DNA of 64,000 nucleotides from Myxococcales bacterium (GTDB lineage Bacteria; Myxococcota; UBA727; JABDBI01): NCBI GenBank assembly GCA_023248595.1, contig JAHFEG010000003.1, positions 42,051 to 106,050 of the forward strand, read 5' to 3'. Shown piece by piece: positions 59,400 to 64,000 of this stretch (position 1 is its first letter; each line of letters starts with the position of its first letter). The notes under the pieces were generated by a model. It saw only the letters and a program-made list of their open reading frames with translations, ran no database searches and was not told where the DNA came from. The position numbers and the translations under genes were made by a program.

Positions 59400-59831
59400 G
59401 TGAAACGTTATCAATTAAGCCTTTTATTTTTTTTAACTGTTGGTTGCGCGCCAATCGGTAATATATCTGATGATCCAAAAGAAAAAAGTAAATCTGATTT
59501 TTCCGAGTGTGACTTGAGCGACCTGTCATCAGTTATACAAAGCGAAAACAATATGGCAAAGACTGCTTTTGAGGTAAAGAAAATAGATGATACAGAGTCA
59601 GGGTACATGTATTATCTGGTCGCTAATCATACCAATATTAATGCAGATGCTATTAGGAATGCAGTGTGTGGCTATATTTCAGAAAAAAAATGCTATCTGT
59701 ACTGGTCTAACGTTGCCAACCTGGCAATGATTGCAAGTAAGCCCGCACCTAAGTTTCCGCTAGATGTGTCACCGCATTATATGCTTTCACCATACATTAC
59801 ATGCGATAAAATTGCTAAAAAAGCAGAATAA
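59400..59831 (+). CDS. Hypothetical lipoprotein (GTG start)
   Basis: Lipobox LTVGC; RBS GGGGGGGA. Confidence 0.4.
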   Translation: MKRYQLSLLFFLTVGCAPIGNISDDPKEKSKSDFSECDLSDLSSVIQSENNMAKTAFEVKKIDDTESGYMYYLVANHTNINADAIRNAVCGYISEKKCYLYWSNVANLAMIASKPAPKFPLDVSPHYMLSPYITCDKIAKKAE

Positions 59832-59849
59832 AAAAAGGAGGAATATATT

Positions 59850-60362
59850 ATGAGATTTTTTAATTTTTATGTTGGTTTGTGGGCAGTTTTAATCGGATTT
59901 TCTGCTTCATCTTTTGCCGCTGGCGAAATATGCATGGCTATCGATAAAACAGTTCAACCGTGCGACTCTGACAAGATCAAAACAGATGAGACGTATATTT
60001 TGTCTAATCTGAAGATTGCTGAGGATCCAGCAGGATTTTCTGTTGAATTGAAAGTGGAAACAGCTGGAGATATTACACCTAAGATCTTGGGATATTTACA
60101 AGACTATGCCAAAGCAAACTCCTGTAATGTCCGTGTTCTTGTTTTTAAAGACCTAATCAATGGTCTTATGGGAAGCATGAACGGAGATCTAGGTATAGGT
60201 GCTGGCGACAACAAGGCGAGCTCAGAATTTACGAAGGAAGGAAACAAGATGCTTGTGCTTGCGGGAAAACAGGCAGAATGTATAGAAGTTCTGAACTTTA
60301 AATTGCCGCTTACCACGGTTCAGCCCACTGGAATCATTAAATCAAGCTGTTCCTCTAATTAA
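59850..60362 (+). CDS. Hypothetical secreted protein
   Basis: Signal peptide ending SSFAAGE; RBS AAGGAGG. Confidence 0.4.
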   Translation: MRFFNFYVGLWAVLIGFSASSFAAGEICMAIDKTVQPCDSDKIKTDETYILSNLKIAEDPAGFSVELKVETAGDITPKILGYLQDYAKANSCNVRVLVFKDLINGLMGSMNGDLGIGAGDNKASSEFTKEGNKMLVLAGKQAECIEVLNFKLPLTTVQPTGIIKSSCSSN

Positions 60363-60382
60363 GCAGATTAATATGAAGTTAT

Positions 60383-62086
60383 TTAAAACCCCTCTAGTCC
60401 GAGGGGTTTTTTTGTTTCAGATTGGTAGACAATTTTTCCGTCTATAACGGTCATTTCGATTTTTGTGTTCAATATTTCTTTTGCTTTAATGTTAAAAATA
60501 TCTTGAGAAAGAACGACGAAATCGGCCAATGCTCCAGGAGAGAGATGTCCTTTTTGGTGTTCTTGAAATTCCGCAAAAGCGCCACCTTGTGTAAAAGCTA
60601 CCAAGGCCTCATTTAAAGTAAGAGATTGTTCAGGGTAAAACCCATTTTCCGGACGGCCCTCGTGATCTTTTCGAGTGATGGCGGCATAGAGACCATGAAA
60701 TGGGTTGAGTGATTCAATCGGTGCATCAGATCCTGCAGCAAGAAAAACTTGGTTTTTCAAAAAAGTGCGCCAAACATAAGCTTCATCTTGCGCGCGCGTT
60801 TTTCCAAGCCGAGCAGGGACCCAAGGCATGTCAGACGTACAGTGGATGGGTTGCATGCTTGCGATCACACCTAACTTTTGAAAGCGTTTGATGTCACTCG
60901 GGTGAACAATCTGCGCATGCTCAATTCGTAGACGTGGATTTGTGGCAGTTGGACTTTTTTGCAGTGCTTCTTGGTAGGCATCAAGTACGAGGCGGTTGGC
61001 TTTATCGCCAATGGCGTGCGTCGCCACTTGAAATCCATGTTGTAATGCTTGCGTAGTGGCTGCGCTTAATTGTTCTTTGGTAAGCAATAAAAGTCCCTGA
61101 TTGCGAGGGTCATCGCTATAAGGTTCTAGCAAAGCAGCCCCTCTGGAGCCAAGAGCGCCATCAGCGTAAAATTTAATGCTACGAATGCCAAGTCGATCGT
61201 TAATCTGTGGACCTTTAGCAAAATAATGCGCAAGCAGGTTTTCATCTTCGCCATTGAGCATGATATAGAGCCTGGGCATATCTATCTTTTTCTGCTGCAG
61301 AGTTTGAAAAACGTCGATGGCTTGTTGTCCACTGCCGGCATCGTGAAAACTGGTAATGCCAAATTGCAAGGCTTCTTGTGCGGCAAATTGAGCAGCTTGC
61401 GTATCTTGTGCCACGCTTGATTTTGGGACATGGCGTGAAATCAAATCAATGGCGTTGTCTATAAAAATGCCCGAGGGATTCCCTTTGTGGTCGCGCATAA
61501 TCTTGCCGCCAATTGGATCGCTCTTTTGCAAGTGAATTTGGGCAATATCCATAGCTGCCTGGTTGCACCAAACGGCGTGTCCATCGATACGGGTTAAAAT
61601 CACTGGATGATGAGGCACAGCGAGAGAGAGTGCATGGTGGGTTGGAAAATTTTGATGAGGCCAATCATTTTGATCCCAACCACGGCCTTTTAACCATTCT
61701 CCCTTTGCCAGAAGTTTGCTTTGCTTCAATACGGTTTGGATAATTTCTTCTTCACTCTTGGTATTTATTAAATTCAGGTTGAGTTTGCTGTAACCGATAC
61801 CTAAAAAGTGCCCGTGGGCTTCTATGAAACCCGGCATGACACGTTTTTGTTGCAGATCGACGCTTTTAGTGTTTGGAAATTGATTTTGAATCTCTTCATC
61901 TGATCCTATCGCTGCAATACGGCCATTGCTAATGGCCATTGCTGTGATTTCCGGTTGTTTTGGTTCAAGAGTCGTGATTTTTCCATTTAAGAAGAGCACG
62001 TGTTTTGCCGGTGAGCTGCATCCCATGAAAATCGTAGATCCTAGTAATAAAACGATAATAAGCAATATAGAAAAGCATTGTTTCAT
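60383..62086 (-). CDS. Amidohydrolase-family (amidohydro_3/YtcJ-like) metal-dependent hydrolase, lipoprotein
   Basis: HGHF metal-binding motif near N-terminus, conserved His/Asp later; lipobox FMGCSS. Confidence 0.7.
   Translation of the reverse strand: MKQCFSILLIIVLLLGSTIFMGCSSPAKHVLFLNGKITTLEPKQPEITAMAISNGRIAAIGSDEEIQNQFPNTKSVDLQQKRVMPGFIEAHGHFLGIGYSKLNLNLINTKSEEEIIQTVLKQSKLLAKGEWLKGRGWDQNDWPHQNFPTHHALSLAVPHHPVILTRIDGHAVWCNQAAMDIAQIHLQKSDPIGGKIMRDHKGNPSGIFIDNAIDLISRHVPKSSVAQDTQAAQFAAQEALQFGITSFHDAGSGQQAIDVFQTLQQKKIDMPRLYIMLNGEDENLLAHYFAKGPQINDRLGIRSIKFYADGALGSRGAALLEPYSDDPRNQGLLLLTKEQLSAATTQALQHGFQVATHAIGDKANRLVLDAYQEALQKSPTATNPRLRIEHAQIVHPSDIKRFQKLGVIASMQPIHCTSDMPWVPARLGKTRAQDEAYVWRTFLKNQVFLAAGSDAPIESLNPFHGLYAAITRKDHEGRPENGFYPEQSLTLNEALVAFTQGGAFAEFQEHQKGHLSPGALADFVVLSQDIFNIKAKEILNTKIEMTVIDGKIVYQSETKKPLGLEGF
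60386..60413. terminator. Bidirectional rho-independent terminator (hairpin lies within last codons of minus-strand amidohydrolase gene)
   Basis: cccctc-tagtcc-gagggg followed by T-run; A-run on the opposite side. Confidence 0.5.
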
Positions 62087-62178
62087 GTTTCACTTTTGAG
62101 TTTAAGAACACCCAAACTTAAATTTTACATTTTCATATCTTGCACATGCCAAGAAGATGCGTCATAAGGGTCCCTGTT

Positions 62179-62255
62179 CGGGGTGTAGCTCAGCCTGGCA
62201 GAGCGCCTGCTTTGGGAGCAGGATGTCGCAAGTTCAAATCCTGTCACCCCGACCA
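62179..62255 (+). tRNA. tRNA-Pro (anticodon TGG)
   Basis: CGGGGTGTAGCTCAGCCTGGCAGAGCGCCTGCTTTGGGAGCAGGATGTCGCAAGTTCAAATCCTGTCACCCCGACCA cloverleaf. Confidence 0.9.
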
Positions 62256-62261
62256 TTTTTC

Positions 62262-63644
62262 CTACTTAAAATACTCTTGCACCAGCCATTGTGCGTGTTC
62301 AGCTGCCAACTCCACTGTTTCGAAGTTCATAAGCGCACCCGTATAATAAGCGCCTCTGCTTCCTTGCAAGTCAGATAGTTTTTGTGGAATTTGATCAACA
62401 AACGCTTGTGTGTCAAAATGTGGAAAATAGCTATACATGACTTCGGTGATCACGCGCGTTACTTTACCTTTCATTTGAGAAAGATTTTCGAACATAATGT
62501 TGCGTAACGTATCAGAATTTTTTCCTTCCTGAGAGAATTGATAGACTTGGTAGATGTTGTTGTTTTGATTATTGGAAACTAGTACGATTTTTCCATCATT
62601 TGGCTCTTGGTTGTTATCATATTTTGTGCTGTAAGCCCGTGGCCAAAGGTGAAAATTCTGAGGCAAGTTTTCAATTTCAACTAAACTGACTTTGTAAGGA
62701 ATGGTGTGGACCTTTGAAAAAATTGCATATTCTTGTTTGTCTAGGTCCATCCAATGTTTTGCTAAATGTGGAACGCTGATGATAACCCTGTCAAAATGGA
62801 GCGTTTGATCGCCAACGCGTATGAGAATGTCGGGTTTTCCTTGATGCATTGTTCGACGAATACGCGACACTTTGGCATCTAGAAAAACATTGAGGTCTTT
62901 TTCTTTTGCCCATTGTTTCCATAAATTTTGCCAGCCTTCTGGAAAAGCACGAAAGAATGGAGGAGCAAAGGGATTTAAGGCATGCTTGCTGTATTCATAA
63001 ACAAAAGTTTTCATCAGCTTTGCCCAATATGCGGCGGGCATGTCTTCTGCAAAACCATAGCCACAGCCTACCATGACAGGACGGAAAGCTTCTAAGGTCG
63101 CTTCTACGTTTTGTTGTTTGGCGAAATCTTCATAGGTCGTCAGCAATTCAGCAGGGGTATGAGCAAAACCTGGTTCATAAAAATGACGGTTCGTATAAAC
63201 GAAGCTAGAAAAGCGATAAATAGAAAGAAGCAGCTCAATGCGGCCATATTTTTCGATAATATAGCTATCTTGAGATGTTAAAGCACCATCAGGTGAAATT
63301 TCTAAGCTATTGGGAGTGGCAGCCAACGGTATTTTTAAATCTTTGGCAATTTTAAGAACTAATTTATAGTCTGGCGCGGTCACAACTGCGCCCATTTCAT
63401 AAGGAAGGCCATTATAGGTAACGGTCTGAACTTTCCCTCCAATGTCTTTTCCTGCTTCAAGGATAGTGACGTTGTTATAACCCCTTTCTTTAAGTTCAAC
63501 AGCTGCAGTAAGACCGGAAGGACCCGCGCCAATGATAGCAATTTGTAAATCGCGATCGGAATTATCTAAAACCTCACCAAAGGACAAAGACAAAAAGGGC
63601 ACCAATAAAAAAAGCTGTCGGCATAAATGAGTAAGCATGCGCAT
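62262..63644 (-). CDS. FAD-dependent amine-oxidase-family oxidoreductase with signal peptide
   Basis: Dinucleotide-binding IAIIGAGPSGLTAAVEL...GGKV motif. Confidence 0.65.
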   Translation of the reverse strand: MRMLTHLCRQLFLLVPFLSLSFGEVLDNSDRDLQIAIIGAGPSGLTAAVELKERGYNNVTILEAGKDIGGKVQTVTYNGLPYEMGAVVTAPDYKLVLKIAKDLKIPLAATPNSLEISPDGALTSQDSYIIEKYGRIELLLSIYRFSSFVYTNRHFYEPGFAHTPAELLTTYEDFAKQQNVEATLEAFRPVMVGCGYGFAEDMPAAYWAKLMKTFVYEYSKHALNPFAPPFFRAFPEGWQNLWKQWAKEKDLNVFLDAKVSRIRRTMHQGKPDILIRVGDQTLHFDRVIISVPHLAKHWMDLDKQEYAIFSKVHTIPYKVSLVEIENLPQNFHLWPRAYSTKYDNNQEPNDGKIVLVSNNQNNNIYQVYQFSQEGKNSDTLRNIMFENLSQMKGKVTRVITEVMYSYFPHFDTQAFVDQIPQKLSDLQGSRGAYYTGALMNFETVELAAEHAQWLVQEYFK

Positions 63645-63706
63645 TCGATTCGCTCCTTTGCTGTAGAAGCTTTATCGAGATGGACGTTGTTTTGTTGCGT
63701 TATTGG

Positions 63707-64000
63707 CTAAAATGCTACCCAAACTTCGTGTCGATCGACATATGGGTCGTTGTTGTTGATGCCCTCAGCTTTGATGTCGATGAAGCCAAGCTGAAGTCCC
63801 CAATAGGATGTTTTGACTTCTATTTTAATGTTGATGCTGGCATTAGGTCCAGTGATCGCATCGAGGTCAAACGTAGACTGATTAATGCTAATATTGGCGT
63901 GTTTAGAGCTTATGTTTACGCGTCCTTTAGCTCCGCCACGGTTGAAAACCCGAAGAGAAAACGAAACGGTTTGGTGGGGGATTATGTTGTCTGCAATCAG
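63707..64000 (-). CDS. Partial ORF (C-terminal ~97 aa; 5' end beyond window), unknown function
   Basis: Open frame on minus strand to window edge ending ...VDRHEVWVAF*. Confidence 0.3.
   Translation of the reverse strand: MIADNIIPHQTVSFSLRVFNRGGAKGRVNISSKHANISINQSTFDLDAITGPNASINIKIEVKTSYWGLQLGFIDIKAEGINNNDPYVDRHEVWVAF

Noticed and set aside
1-64000. CRISPR arrays, integrase/transposase genes, phage structural genes
   Set aside because: Scanned intergenic regions and ORF translations. No regularly spaced short repeats and no recombinase or transposase motifs were found. All three mobile-looking segments (AbiE cassette, wHTH cassette, icd duplication) lack their own recombinase.

Overview
Bacterial chromosomal segment of roughly 40% GC (estimated by eye), from a Gram-negative (diderm) organism. 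The assignment rests on Tol proteins, Lgt, AmpG, an OM beta-barrel and separate glyQ/glyS. The lineage is not identifiable from this window. Eukaryote-like genes (secreted caleosin, ankyrin protein, bestrophin) suggest a host- or amoeba-associated lifestyle.

The core is housekeeping, in window order:
- SufS-SufU-SufT Fe-S genes, rlmI, lgt, folA/thyA, ampG and tolR-tolA-tolB.
- A complete nine-gene menaquinone operon (menG-menF-menD-menH-menB-menA-menC-[alpha/beta hydrolase]-menE).
- rseP, glyQ/glyS, rluB, scoAB and psuG/nupG.
- dnaK, phaR plus two ArsA-family ATPases, ruvX/mltG and icd.
- tRNA-Gly(CCC) and tRNA-Pro(TGG).

Interleaved with these are accessory or rearranged segments:
1. An AbiEi/AbiEii abortive-infection module bracketed by 34-bp direct repeats.
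2. A winged-HTH (Rep-like) gene bracketed by 60-bp hairpin-containing direct repeats.
3. A HigB/HigA module with an apparently frameshifted toxin, wedged between nucleoside-salvage genes.
4. An 83-bp duplication of the icd 3' terminus that brackets an NfeD-SPFH operon and a 69-bp fragment of a second mltG. Immediately upstream lies an 1121-aa coiled-coil protein with a glycine-zipper hydrophobic hairpin, whose last codons lie inside the upstream repeat copy.
5. Several blocks of lineage-specific secreted or membrane hypothetical proteins.

No CRISPR array, integrase or transposase was seen. All protein calls are from motif and family recognition by eye; no searches were run.
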